Assembly: GCA_038231155.1 (NCBI GenBank)
Contig: JBBRLY010000016.1
Coordinates: 21,506 to 85,505, forward strand
Reading direction: 5' to 3'
Origin: Candidatus Saccharimonadales bacterium
Lineage (GTDB): Bacteria > Patescibacteriota > Saccharimonadia > Saccharimonadales > JANWIN01
DNA length: 64,000 bases
Position numbers and translations under genes: made by a program. Positions within the stretch are counted from its first letter, which is position 1. Every line of letters starts with the position of its first letter. The notes beneath the pieces were generated by a model. That model made no database searches, had not been told where the DNA came from, and saw only the letters and a program-made list of their open reading frames with translations. Positions 39,366-49,345 of this stretch are shown one piece after another.

Positions 39366-40487
39366 ATGTCATTTATTGCAAATCGTTTAAATTATTTTGA
39401 TAGTAGTGATTTTAGAGAAGTTTTTAATAGACAACAACTATTAAATAATCCTGTAGATTTAAGTGTTGGTGTGCCCGAAGAACATACCATGGATAAGGTA
39501 AAAGAAGCTGCTATTCGGGCTATTAAAGAAGATAAAACCGTCTACACGCCAGCAAATGGGATTAAAGAGTTGCGTAAAGCAATTGCTAATAAACTGAAAT
39601 CTGAAAACGGGATTAACTGTGATGAAAATAGCGTAACAGTTGTACCGGGGTTAACTACGGGTCAATTACTAATTTATATGGCTATTTTGGACCCCAGCGA
39701 CGAATTAATTGTAATGGACCCCTACTATCCACCATATAATTACCTGGCCAGTGCTATTGGTGCCCACGTCACTTTGGTACCATCACTGCCAGACTTTCAG
39801 CCTAACTTACATTTAATCGAAGCTAGTATTACTGCTAGAACAAAGGCAATTGTTATTAATTCACCGAGTAATCCAACCGGCGCTGTATATTCGGAAACAA
39901 CGTTACGAAAAATTGCTCAAATTGCTGAAGAACATAATTTATTAATTATTTCTGATGAAATTTATGAACATTTTGTCTATGAAGGCAAGCACTTTAGTAT
40001 TGGTAGTATTTATCCAAATACATTAACGCTTAATGGATTCAGTAAGGAGTTTGCTATGACAGGCTGGCGTATTGGTTATATTGCTGGGCCTCCTGATATT
40101 ATTGAGGCTATTAATGAGCTCCAGCAATATGCAGTCTTTTCATCTTCATCGATTGCGCAGTATGCGGCACTAGCGGCTTTAGCAGATCGTCCACACATTA
40201 ATGGTGTATATAAGAATAAAAGAGATATTGTTAAACATGCTTTAGCGGAAATGGGCTATGAGGTGTTTGGCATGCAAGGAGCATATTACAGTTTTATTAA
40301 GACACCAGGAGATATCGTTGATGTAGAATTTGTAGAGAAGTTGGCTAATCATAACTTAATTTTAGTCTCCGGACGAGCATTCTCTAGACTGCAAGGTTTT
40401 GTAAGACTTTCTTACGGTGCTCCATTGAACGAAGTCCAAAAAGGACTTAAGATTTTATCAGAAGTAACAAAAGAATATCGTAATTAA
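39366..40487 (+). CDS. Class I/II PLP-dependent aminotransferase.
   Basis: The motifs NSPSNPTG and SKEFAMTGWRIGY (PLP-lysine region) are present. Confidence 0.8.
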   Translation: MSFIANRLNYFDSSDFREVFNRQQLLNNPVDLSVGVPEEHTMDKVKEAAIRAIKEDKTVYTPANGIKELRKAIANKLKSENGINCDENSVTVVPGLTTGQLLIYMAILDPSDELIVMDPYYPPYNYLASAIGAHVTLVPSLPDFQPNLHLIEASITARTKAIVINSPSNPTGAVYSETTLRKIAQIAEEHNLLIISDEIYEHFVYEGKHFSIGSIYPNTLTLNGFSKEFAMTGWRIGYIAGPPDIIEAINELQQYAVFSSSSIAQYAALAALADRPHINGVYKNKRDIVKHALAEMGYEVFGMQGAYYSFIKTPGDIVDVEFVEKLANHNLILVSGRAFSRLQGFVRLSYGAPLNEVQKGLKILSEVTKEYRN

Positions 40488-40613
40488 ATACTTAGTTTAA
40501 GAAGTTCTAGATCTCTCAATAACTATACATTGTTATAATGTAGCTGTGATAGTTCATACATTTGAAAATTTATATTCCTAAAAGGGTATAATTTATCATG
40601 GAGAATCAAAAAT

Positions 40614-40982
40614 ATGGCCCAGACAATTGCAATTGTTGAGGATGACCAATCCATCAGGGATATGTACCGGCTTAAATTTGAAGCCGATGGATATAAGGTG
40701 GTGGTCGCCAGTAATGGCAAAGAAGGTTTAGTGCTAGCTGAAAGATCTAAACCGGATGTAATTTTACTTGATCTAATGATGCCGGAAATGACTGGTGATG
40801 AAATGCTTAAGGCCATGCGTAAAACAGATTGGGGTAAAAATATAAAAGTTATCATCTTGACCAATGTCAGCAAGGATGAAGCCTATCCAATTGTTAACCC
40901 TTTGGGAGTATCCGGTTTTGTGATTAAAGCCCATTTTACACCTCAAGAAGTGGTAGAAAGTGTTAAAAAAGTCTTGGTCTAG
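40614..40982 (+). CDS. Stand-alone response-regulator receiver (CheY-like).
   Basis: The acidic pocket DD and the phospho-acceptor region LLDLMMP are present, with no output domain. Confidence 0.8.
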   Translation: MAQTIAIVEDDQSIRDMYRLKFEADGYKVVVASNGKEGLVLAERSKPDVILLDLMMPEMTGDEMLKAMRKTDWGKNIKVIILTNVSKDEAYPIVNPLGVSGFVIKAHFTPQEVVESVKKVLV

Positions 40983-40984
40983 TT

Positions 40985-41347
40985 ATGGCTAAAGTTGCAA
41001 TAATTGAAGATGATGTAGCCATCAGCCAGATGTACCGGCTTAAGTTTGAGCAAGAAGGTTACACAGTCGAAACTGCCGCTAATGGTAAGTTGGGCTTAGC
41101 GCTAACAGAGTCTATGAAACCGGATATTATACTGCTAGATCTAATGATGCCGGAAATGACTGGAAGTGAGATGCTCGCAGCAATGAGAAAGACTGATTGG
41201 GGTAAAAATATTAAAGTGGTTATTTTAACTAACATGGGTGAGCAGGAAATCCCCGAGGAAACTAAAAAGTTAGGAATTGTAGCCGCAGTATTAAAAGCCG
41301 ACATGACCCCTCGCCAAGTTGCTCAATTAGTTAAAGCTCATCTTTAA
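40985..41347 (+). CDS. Stand-alone response-regulator receiver (a tandem paralog of the preceding gene).
   Basis: It is ~60% identical to the upstream receiver, and the gap between them is 2 bp. Confidence 0.8.
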   Translation: MAKVAIIEDDVAISQMYRLKFEQEGYTVETAANGKLGLALTESMKPDIILLDLMMPEMTGSEMLAAMRKTDWGKNIKVVILTNMGEQEIPEETKKLGIVAAVLKADMTPRQVAQLVKAHL

Positions 41348-41386
41348 ATTCCTATCTTTGATATTGCCTGAGTTATTATAAAGACT

Positions 41387-42730
41387 ATGAAGATTGCGAT
41401 TTTGGGCTTTGCCCGTGACGGACAAGCAGCTTATGAGTTTTTAAATCGTGATGGCAACAGCATTACTATCTGCGATCAAAATCAAGATATTGTTGTTCCA
41501 GCTGGTACTTCTAGTCAACTAGGCCCTGATTATCTTAAAAACTTGGCACAATACGATTTAATTGTCCGCACTGCTGGCTTAGCGCCGCATTTAATAACTG
41601 CAGTTAATTCAAACTCTATTGATGTTTTACAAAAAATAACCGGTAATATTGATCTGTTTTATAAAAATAGTCCAACTAAAAATATAATCGGAGTTACCGG
41701 TACAAAAGGTAAAGGTACTACAAGTACTTTGATTGCTAAAATGCTAGAAGCGGCTGGTAAAAAAGTGCACCTAGGTGGCAATATTGGCATCCCGGCACTA
41801 GATCTACTCAAAAATAATATTCAGCCTGATGATTGGGTAGTACTTGAACAAGGAGCATTTCAATTAATAGACCAGCAGCACTCTCCAGTTATTGGCGTTT
41901 GTTTAATGGTCGAACCAGAACATATGGACTGGTTCAAAGATATGGATGAGTATCTAACCGCTAAACAACAAATGTTTATTCATCAAGGTACTAACGATGT
42001 AGCTATATATAATGCCATAAGCCAAAATTCCAAAACAGTTACAAGTGTTAGCCCCGCTAAAAAGATTCCATATATGGAAAAGCCTGGTGCTTACATTGAA
42101 GGAAGTTCTATAGTAATTGATGGACAAAATATCTGTCAAACAAATGAATTAAAACTGCTTGGTGAGCATAACTGGCAAAACGTTTGTGCAGCTGTGACTA
42201 CTGTTTGGCAAGTTACCCAAGATAATAAGGCTATTAAAACAGTCCTAACTAGTATTACGGGATTAGAACATCGACTGGAATTGGTTCGTGAATTTAACGG
42301 AGTTAAGTATTATGATGATTCATTTGGCACGACACCGGAAACGGCAATTGTTGCCATCGAGGCTTTTGACATGCCAAAAGTCGTAATACTTGGCGGTTCA
42401 ACCAAACAATCGGACTATACTAAACTTGCCGCGGTCCTGGCCAAGAGCGCCATTCGGCAAATTATATTAATCGGAAATACGACCAATCCGGACTATAAAT
42501 CAGCCGCGCCAGAAATTGAGTCTGCACTTAATGCTCAAGGAATTAAGCAAATTACTTCACTGGTTAAACCTGGTAAGACCAGCATGAACGAGATTGTTCA
42601 GGCCACTCAATCAGCTTCCCATCCCGGAGATGTAGTTTTACTATCTACAGCTTGCGCAAGTTTTGACTTATTTAAAGATTATAAAGATCGCGGTGAACAG
42701 TTTAAGCAAGCTGTGTTAGCACTCGTCTAA
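41387..42730 (+). CDS. murD: UDP-N-acetylmuramoylalanine--D-glutamate ligase.
   Basis: The Mur ligase P-loop GVTGTKGKGTT is present. Confidence 0.85.
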   Translation: MKIAILGFARDGQAAYEFLNRDGNSITICDQNQDIVVPAGTSSQLGPDYLKNLAQYDLIVRTAGLAPHLITAVNSNSIDVLQKITGNIDLFYKNSPTKNIIGVTGTKGKGTTSTLIAKMLEAAGKKVHLGGNIGIPALDLLKNNIQPDDWVVLEQGAFQLIDQQHSPVIGVCLMVEPEHMDWFKDMDEYLTAKQQMFIHQGTNDVAIYNAISQNSKTVTSVSPAKKIPYMEKPGAYIEGSSIVIDGQNICQTNELKLLGEHNWQNVCAAVTTVWQVTQDNKAIKTVLTSITGLEHRLELVREFNGVKYYDDSFGTTPETAIVAIEAFDMPKVVILGGSTKQSDYTKLAAVLAKSAIRQIILIGNTTNPDYKSAAPEIESALNAQGIKQITSLVKPGKTSMNEIVQATQSASHPGDVVLLSTACASFDLFKDYKDRGEQFKQAVLALV

Positions 42731-43367
42731 GTTGTTCAATTACCGGTTGTTCGGGCTGTAAAACGGTAGCCCGACCGGCAACAATATCTTTTATAAGCTG
42801 TTCGATCCAGTGATAGTGAGTACAGCCAAGAACAATAACGTCAGCTCCGGCTTGGCAGCCGGTTTCAATCCGCTTGTTTATTTGGTCTCGATTAATCTGG
42901 TTATTTTCTATCATTGGCACCCAATCGCTACAATCAGGCTCCAAAACTTTTAGGTTTTTAGCAAAGACTTTTTTAAGTGAACTGTAGCGTGCACTAGCTA
43001 AAGTATTAGGTGTGGCGCAGACGGCAATGATACCGCTTTTAGTTAAACTGGCAGCCGGTTTAACCATTGGCTCCATACCAACTAAAGGAACGCTGACCTC
43101 TTGACGCAACGTATCTATCATAGTGGTGGTTACGGTATTACAAGCAATTACAATTACCTGGCAGCCTTGATCAACTAAGTCTTTCAGTATTGGTAAAACA
43201 TAGCCATGAATTTGGCGCAGTGGTTTATTGCCATAAGGTAGATGCCGTTTATCGGCTGCGTAGATAACTCTATATTCAGGCAAAGCCGCTTGTATAGCTT
43301 TGGCCACCGAGAGTCCGCCAACGCCACTGTCAAACACACCTATCTTAGGTAAGGGCTTGCCTCCCAT
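42702..43367 (-). CDS. murI: Glutamate racemase.
   Basis: The motif IGVFDSGVGGL and two Cys-containing active-site loops are present. The start is trimmed to an internal Met to avoid a 60-nt overlap with folD. Confidence 0.8.
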   Translation of the reverse strand: MGGKPLPKIGVFDSGVGGLSVAKAIQAALPEYRVIYAADKRHLPYGNKPLRQIHGYVLPILKDLVDQGCQVIVIACNTVTTTMIDTLRQEVSVPLVGMEPMVKPAASLTKSGIIAVCATPNTLASARYSSLKKVFAKNLKVLEPDCSDWVPMIENNQINRDQINKRIETGCQAGADVIVLGCTHYHWIEQLIKDIVAGRATVLQPEQPVIEQLRRVLTQLA

Positions 43368-43374
43368 GACACCT

Positions 43375-44202
43375 TCACCGTATTTGGTCATTTTTCTTTT
43401 CGCCATTTCGTTGTGCCGCAAGTATGACATTTTCAAACAAAGCCGATACAGTTAAGGGGCCAACACCACCTTTTTCTGGGGTGATGGTTAAATCATCACG
43501 TTCATATACTGCTGGATCTAAGTCTCCTACGGTTTTGCCGGATTCACTAGCTACACCGGCATCTACTACTACGGCACCGTGTTTAATCATTTTTGAATAT
43601 AAAATAGCTGGGCTACCAGTTGCGGTAATAATAATGTCGGCGTTTTTGGTATGTACCGATAAATCTTTTGCGCCTCTATCGATAACTTCAACGTCCAAAT
43701 CAGATTGTTTTAGCATTTTTTCAAGTGGAGCACCGACTAATTTACCACGGCCAATAAGTAGTATGTGTTTACCATTCAAATCAATATTAAATCCAGATAA
43801 CAACCACATAATTGCCATAGGTGTAGCTGGGCTGTATTGGGCTTTTTGGCCTAGAGCATCAACGTCTTTATGAGGGGCTACCATATTCACTATTTCTTCT
43901 GTTTTATCAGGATCGGGTAGCGGTAGCTGCACAATTATGCCATGAACCTTATCGTCTTTATTTAATTGTTCTAATAGTTTTGGTACCTTACCTTGGTCAA
44001 TAAAATGCACGGCTACATCAATTAGAATGTCGGTACCGTAACTTTTTTTAAGTCGAACGTAAGTGTTAATTACCGGATCATCCAGGCATTGTACAATGTC
44101 TAGTTTAGGGTAAACATCGTGGCCTTGACGTAGAGCCCGGACTTGCCCAGCTTGGCGCTGTTTGATATAGCCAGCTAGTTCACGGCCACTTAATAATTTC
44201 AT
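43375..44202 (-). CDS. folD: Bifunctional methylene-THF dehydrogenase/cyclohydrolase.
   Basis: The FolD size and conserved motifs are present. Confidence 0.85.
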   Translation of the reverse strand: MKLLSGRELAGYIKQRQAGQVRALRQGHDVYPKLDIVQCLDDPVINTYVRLKKSYGTDILIDVAVHFIDQGKVPKLLEQLNKDDKVHGIIVQLPLPDPDKTEEIVNMVAPHKDVDALGQKAQYSPATPMAIMWLLSGFNIDLNGKHILLIGRGKLVGAPLEKMLKQSDLDVEVIDRGAKDLSVHTKNADIIITATGSPAILYSKMIKHGAVVVDAGVASESGKTVGDLDPAVYERDDLTITPEKGGVGPLTVSALFENVILAAQRNGEKKNDQIR

Positions 44203-44294
44203 TAAGTAGAGTATAACAGTGGTGCCATATCTATACCTAAATTCAATTTCAGTGATATCAGGCTATAATAAAGCGTAAGCAAGTTAAGAAAAAG

Positions 44295-45794
44295 ATGAAA
44301 AGCTTAAATCAAAAACTGTCGTCATTTATTCGCACAAAAGCTTTTTTTGGTCTGGTTCTAGCTTTTTTTATAGCCAGCAGTGTATGGATTGCTTTATCGG
44401 CCCGTTTTCCAATGGCTTTTGATGAAGGCTTTCATTTAGGCATTATTAAAATATATGCTCATCAGTGGAGCCCATTTCTACTTCATCAACCACCTGGGCC
44501 AGCGACTTATGGTTCTCTAACAACAGATCCAAATTGTCTGTACTACTATATTATGAGCTTCCCATATCGGTTATTTAGCAGTCTAGTTACTGATCCTAAA
44601 ACTGTCATAATTGCTCTTCGATTTATTAATATTGGCTTTTTTACAGCGGCACTGCTATTAATGCGTAGAGTCTTACTCAAAGCCAGGGCTTCATCGGCAG
44701 TTGTTCATCTAACGCTTTTTTTCTTTATTTTGATTCCGATAGTACCGCTACTAGCTGGACAAATTAACTACGATAACTTGGTATTTTTAATATTAGCTAT
44801 TAATTTACTGCTAGTTATAAGATTTCGTGAACTATTGCTACGAAAAAAATATAACTCAAGCTTACTGTTAAATATCATTAGCTTTACGACTTTGGGCTGC
44901 TTAGTTAAATACGCATACTTACCGTTTTTGCTAGCTATTACCATTTATTTATTGGTTATTATTCGGCAGGTTCTTGGCTCACCTGCCAAAGCTTGGCCTA
45001 AATTTGTACACGATTGGCAAGGACTGTCTCAATTAAAAAAATGGTTAACTTTAATACTTCTAGTATTCAGCACCGGTATATTTTTACAGCGTTACGGAGT
45101 TGGTATAGTCAAGTACCACAATATTATTCCGCAATGTGGCCAGGTTTTAAACGTACAGCGCTGCACGGCTTATCCTATCTGGGCTCGTAATTATTCACTT
45201 GTTAAACATAGTCACAATGTCGGTTTTGGTAATCCGCTTTATTTTGTCGGAGGTTGGTTTTACGGAATGTTTGAACGAGCCTTTTTTGCTATCAATGGCC
45301 AGAACAGTGTTGCGAATTACGATAATAAACCACCCTTGCCTTTAATGTCGTTAGTTGCAATTTCTGTTTTTGGCTTTGGACTTTACCTTGTGGGCCGTTA
45401 TCGAAGAGTTATTTTTAAAAACAACCCGATACTAAAGTTTTTAATTTTTGTTTCGATTGTTTACGTGATGGCCCTTGTTGGCCGGAATTATCATGATTAT
45501 CTACAGTTTGGTGGTCAGTTAGTAGCCATTAATGGTCGCTACTTACTATTAATAATTTTGCCGATAATGCTATCTATTGCTATGGCCTACAAACAATTCG
45601 TACAGGTTAAACTTAGATTAGCAGTGATAGGTGTAGTTTGTTTACTAATGTTACAGGGTGGTAGTGCTATAAGCTATATATACTATTCAACACCGTATTG
45701 GTATTGGTCGAATGACAGGCGGGCATTGAAAATGAATAATACTGCTAAATCTATTATTAAACCATTTATACTTCCATGGCCAGGCGTTAAGTAA
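44295..45794 (+). CDS. Polytopic membrane protein, possibly a GT39/GT83-like glycosyltransferase.
   Basis: It has ~12 TM helices and an early periplasmic-loop DE motif. The call is low confidence. Confidence 0.35.
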   Translation: MKSLNQKLSSFIRTKAFFGLVLAFFIASSVWIALSARFPMAFDEGFHLGIIKIYAHQWSPFLLHQPPGPATYGSLTTDPNCLYYYIMSFPYRLFSSLVTDPKTVIIALRFINIGFFTAALLLMRRVLLKARASSAVVHLTLFFFILIPIVPLLAGQINYDNLVFLILAINLLLVIRFRELLLRKKYNSSLLLNIISFTTLGCLVKYAYLPFLLAITIYLLVIIRQVLGSPAKAWPKFVHDWQGLSQLKKWLTLILLVFSTGIFLQRYGVGIVKYHNIIPQCGQVLNVQRCTAYPIWARNYSLVKHSHNVGFGNPLYFVGGWFYGMFERAFFAINGQNSVANYDNKPPLPLMSLVAISVFGFGLYLVGRYRRVIFKNNPILKFLIFVSIVYVMALVGRNYHDYLQFGGQLVAINGRYLLLIILPIMLSIAMAYKQFVQVKLRLAVIGVVCLLMLQGGSAISYIYYSTPYWYWSNDRRALKMNNTAKSIIKPFILPWPGVK

Positions 45795-45884
45795 ATTTGA
45801 AAAATCTAAATTAGTTAAACTTTCTACAATTGCAAAAACAGGGGTAGTCTGTTAAAGTTTCACGCGTTGCAATAGGCAATTTCA

Positions 45885-45961
45885 GGGCCATTAGCTCAGC
45901 TGGTTAGAGCACCTGCCTCTTAAGCAGGGTGTCCAGGGTTCGAGTCCCTGATGGCCCTCCA
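45885..45961 (+). tRNA. tRNA-Lys (anticodon CUU).
   Basis: A 77-nt cloverleaf with perfect acceptor stem gggccat/atggccc, an encoded CCA, and the T-arm GGTTCGAGTCC is present. Confidence 0.9.
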
Positions 45962-47587
45962 AGTATCGAAAATAGGCACTAAAGCTTCCTCCAACTCCTT
46001 TGGGGAGGTTTTTTTATTAGTTCTTACCCTTCTATACGAAGTCTCGAGCTCAGGATAGCCCTCTGCAATCGGTACTAACCAGTCGTTAGGTGTTATTTCT
46101 AAATGTCCGTCTTTTAAAACTAAGTTCTTACCCAAAGTTTTAAGCACGTCCCGTTTGTCCATCAGTGTGCCTGTTGCAAAACGCACTCGTGCGTAGGTAG
46201 CGAAATCAAACGCCTTCTCGGTTAGTTCCAACCAATCATCAGCTCGTTGCTCAGTACCACGTAGACCATCGTCTATACGTATAAGATCGGACTTTAGCCT
46301 GCTGCGCTGTTCAATGTATTCATCATCGTCAAGCAGGTCACGTGTGCGCATATCAACCAGTTTGTCTAAACGTTCTTGGATTTGCTCACGGCTGTGCTGC
46401 TGCATTTTATAAATACAGGTACGGTTTTTGCCCTCAATCTTATTGTTACGGCGCAGTACTTTAAGGGCAATGTCTCTAAACTCTGGCAGGATTGTATACT
46501 TTGCCAGCTCTTCCTCAATCTGGTTGTGAATATTTTCAACCCTCGTGTACTTGGTTTGCGTACAAGGGCGTGCCTCGCTTTTACGTGTGCAGTAGTAGTG
46601 GACGTACACTGCCATTTTATTATCACGCTTTACAAATTTGGTATTGGTCTTGCCTACGATACTACAACCACATTCACCGCACTTAATCATCCCCGCAAAA
46701 GAGTAGTCAAACACGCCCTTACGAGGCTTGCCCTTGCTGCCGAGTAAGGTTTGAGCATAGTCAAACTCATCAAGAGTAATCATCGGTTCGTGGTTACCTT
46801 TATAGATTTCACCGTTGTGTGATATCCAGCCTGCATAAAAGGGGTTGTTAAATATCTTATAAATCATACTGCTGTGCATAGAGCTGCCACCAATTTTACC
46901 GTTCTCACGAGTAATATACTTCCAATCATCGGTGGCTATTTTGTATATTTGTGAGGCGTTACGATTACCAGACAATAGCATTTGCCACATTTTCTTGACT
47001 GGCTCATAACGTAGGGGGTCATTAGCCGTGTGCATAATAACCTTGTTGTCTTTAGACCTCAGCTGAGGCAAGTGGTTTTCATCAAGCACAGGCACTTTCA
47101 TATAACCCTGAGGTACTTGCCCAGGACGCTCCCCATTTGCAGCTTTCTGCTCCATACCACGTTTAACGTCACGACCTTGCTTAGAGCTTTCGTACTGTGA
47201 CTGGTTCATCACCATTTGCAGCATCATAATACCCTCGGCGGAGTTATCAAAGTTAAAGGAGCAGAACTTTAGGTCTTTAAGTTCATTGCGTAGCATATAG
47301 GTTAGTGTTGCACTATCAAGCTCGTTACGTGACAGGCGATTGGGATGCCACGCAACAATACCATCGGCTTTGCCTTGCTTAATCATATCTATCATTTCGG
47401 CGAAGATTGGTCTGCCTGGCTTAAAGGCACTCTGGCTCTCGGGCTCAAGCCATTTAACGATATTGAGGCCTGGAAAGGCTCTTTTGATTTCTTTTATTTG
47501 TGACGGATGCGAAAGCTCTTGGCGTTCCTTACGCTCTTCTGACTTACGTACGTAAGCTATGTATCTTAGTTTGTTCTTGGTGTGCAT
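45920..47587 (-). CDS. Large serine recombinase (integrase).
   Basis: The N-terminal resolvase domain (YVRKSEE catalytic Ser, PNRLSRN) is followed by a recombinase domain, a zinc ribbon CGECGC...YYCTRK and a coiled coil. The 3' end overlaps the tRNA-Lys 3' end. Confidence 0.85.
   Translation of the reverse strand: MHTKNKLRYIAYVRKSEERKERQELSHPSQIKEIKRAFPGLNIVKWLEPESQSAFKPGRPIFAEMIDMIKQGKADGIVAWHPNRLSRNELDSATLTYMLRNELKDLKFCSFNFDNSAEGIMMLQMVMNQSQYESSKQGRDVKRGMEQKAANGERPGQVPQGYMKVPVLDENHLPQLRSKDNKVIMHTANDPLRYEPVKKMWQMLLSGNRNASQIYKIATDDWKYITRENGKIGGSSMHSSMIYKIFNNPFYAGWISHNGEIYKGNHEPMITLDEFDYAQTLLGSKGKPRKGVFDYSFAGMIKCGECGCSIVGKTNTKFVKRDNKMAVYVHYYCTRKSEARPCTQTKYTRVENIHNQIEEELAKYTILPEFRDIALKVLRRNNKIEGKNRTCIYKMQQHSREQIQERLDKLVDMRTRDLLDDDEYIEQRSRLKSDLIRIDDGLRGTEQRADDWLELTEKAFDFATYARVRFATGTLMDKRDVLKTLGKNLVLKDGHLEITPNDWLVPIAEGYPELETSYRRVRTNKKTSPKELEEALVPIFDTWRAIRDSNPGHPA
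45985..46017 (+). terminator. Intrinsic terminator after tRNA-Lys: a GC hairpin (cctcc...ggagg) plus a T7 run.
   Basis: The terminator is read directly from the sequence. A second copy lies at ~50995-51023. Confidence 0.5.
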
Positions 47588-47649
47588 ATCTTATCCTTAA
47601 TTTTATAACAAAATGTACTATTGAAATAGGTGTTAATACAGGCCATAGG

Positions 47650-48192
47650 CTATTTTCCTACACCGAAACGACTGGTCATTATTTCACCTAATGATTGAGC
47701 CCGATTGCGACTGGTTTTTGTATAGGGGGTAATTTCTGTAGTAGTTTTTGAAGTAATCTTCTGTGTAATCTTTGTAATAGATTGCTGGAAAGCCGCAAAC
47801 CCAGAGCCTATTTCCAGGTCTTTGAACTCGTCAGTTTCCAGCAGACTAATTATCACTAAGGAGAGGATATCCATATCAATATAAAAGTGTCGCTTTTGGG
47901 GGACACCTTTATTCTTGGTCTCAAGAAAGCCAAATGCTTTTAGATTTTTTATAGCACGGTCCTGCTTGTCTCTGCTCAGCCCCGTCTCTTTATAAAGCTC
48001 TGCCTGTGTCTTATAGAACGAATTATCCCGCCTGTGGCCCTTGCCACGCCAGTAGAGTAATTGGCTTAGGATAATGCCCTCATTTACACCAAAAATAAGG
48101 CCCAGCCCTGAGATATAGAGAATTGAGCTATTGGTAAACAAATTTTTAATCTGTTGCTGGCTTGGGCTGGCTTTGCTCATTGCTGTTCTCAT
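47650..48192 (-). CDS. Winged-helix DNA-binding protein, possibly a replication-initiator/DnaD-like N-domain.
   Basis: The pattern is weak: ...LSQLLYW...ELYKETGLSRDKQDRAIKNLKAFGFLE. Confidence 0.35.
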   Translation of the reverse strand: MRTAMSKASPSQQQIKNLFTNSSILYISGLGLIFGVNEGIILSQLLYWRGKGHRRDNSFYKTQAELYKETGLSRDKQDRAIKNLKAFGFLETKNKGVPQKRHFYIDMDILSLVIISLLETDEFKDLEIGSGFAAFQQSITKITQKITSKTTTEITPYTKTSRNRAQSLGEIMTSRFGVGK

Positions 48193-48359
48193 TCACATTT
48201 ATGCTTAGTAGTTGTTGCTTGCTTATTGGCTGGTAAATAAGCTCCATTTGGCGAACAAGCAGCTCTAATAGCCTCCTGGCTTCAAAAGACTTCAAGCTTA
48301 CGCCAAACCTTGCTTTATATGCCGACTGGAATGCCTCAACGTCAGACGTAATAACCATA

Positions 48360-48611
48360 TTAGCTACCGTACAGCCTATTTTTTAGCTGCCTGATAGCAT
48401 CAAAGTAGGCACGGGGTTCAATTGTTATGCTGCCTTTATGATACGAATTAACGAGTGTTTCTAAGCCCTCGCTCGTGACAAAACAAAAACCAGCCCTTTT
48501 GGGGTTGGTTCGTTCAATGCTCTGTAGTGATTGTCCCAATGCAATAAGTGTTGCTGCCAGTGGCAGGTCTTGTGTCGAATAGGTTTTCATACTGATTGCT
48601 TCATCGTTCAT
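48360..48611 (-). CDS. Hypothetical small protein carried by the element.
   Basis: ORF call. Confidence 0.3.
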   Translation of the reverse strand: MNDEAISMKTYSTQDLPLAATLIALGQSLQSIERTNPKRAGFCFVTSEGLETLVNSYHKGSITIEPRAYFDAIRQLKNRLYGS

Positions 48612-48673
48612 AAAACGATGGTATGACGTATGATTAACTAAAAATAACCCAAAGTTTACACGTAAATTTTAGA

Positions 48674-49291
48674 CTATTTTGGCAGACGCTTCTTATACTC
48701 TTGGATGTACCTGTTGATTTCTACATAGGTATCCGTGCATTTAAAAGCCTCGTTTATCTTTGCAACTATTTCGTTGGGCCTGAGGCCTTTTTGTTTGAGC
48801 AGGTACGCCATACGCATTTTCTCGTGCTTTCTCTTCGGTAAACCGTTAGGACGCTTCTTTGGTTCTATGCTTTCCTGCTTAAACTCTCGAAACAGCTTTA
48901 TGATTTCCTGTTCAGTCGTTTGTTCATAAAAAGTCATTTCGTATGTTGCCCTGCCTGACTTCTTGTCATTGTGCTCAACAATCATCGGACCACCTGCATC
49001 AAAACTGGAGTATTCGTTATAAAATATGTACCTTAATAGGCTGGCAAAAGAGGCTGCGGTTAACCCATAAGTACCTTGGTGGAAGAACTTAAGCCTTATG
49101 TCATTATGTAAGCCATCAACTAATTCAAGATTTTGTACTATCCATTCTGGTTCGCCAGTGTCAAACGTGGGTTTCTTTGGTGTGGTTATATGCCACTTTC
49201 TACGAATAGCCCGTACGTCTTTTTGAAACCTAGCACTATCAACAAGCTCGTGGGCACGTTGCTGTTCTTTGTAGCTTCGCTTATCCTTCAT
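48674..49291 (-). CDS. Hypothetical protein carried by the element.
   Basis: ORF call. Confidence 0.35.
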   Translation of the reverse strand: MKDKRSYKEQQRAHELVDSARFQKDVRAIRRKWHITTPKKPTFDTGEPEWIVQNLELVDGLHNDIRLKFFHQGTYGLTAASFASLLRYIFYNEYSSFDAGGPMIVEHNDKKSGRATYEMTFYEQTTEQEIIKLFREFKQESIEPKKRPNGLPKRKHEKMRMAYLLKQKGLRPNEIVAKINEAFKCTDTYVEINRYIQEYKKRLPK

Positions 49292-49345
49292 TTACATACT
49301 CATCCATATACTTATTCTATCAACTTCGTAGGATATAATTAGTCT

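Noticed and set aside
40523-41304. Minus-strand ORFs 40523-40873 and 41059-41304.
   Set aside because: They are antisense to the two well-supported response-regulator receiver genes, so they are shadow ORFs.
43424-43873. A 149 aa plus-strand ORF.
   Set aside because: It is antisense within folD and has a Ser/Pro/Thr-rich low-complexity translation.
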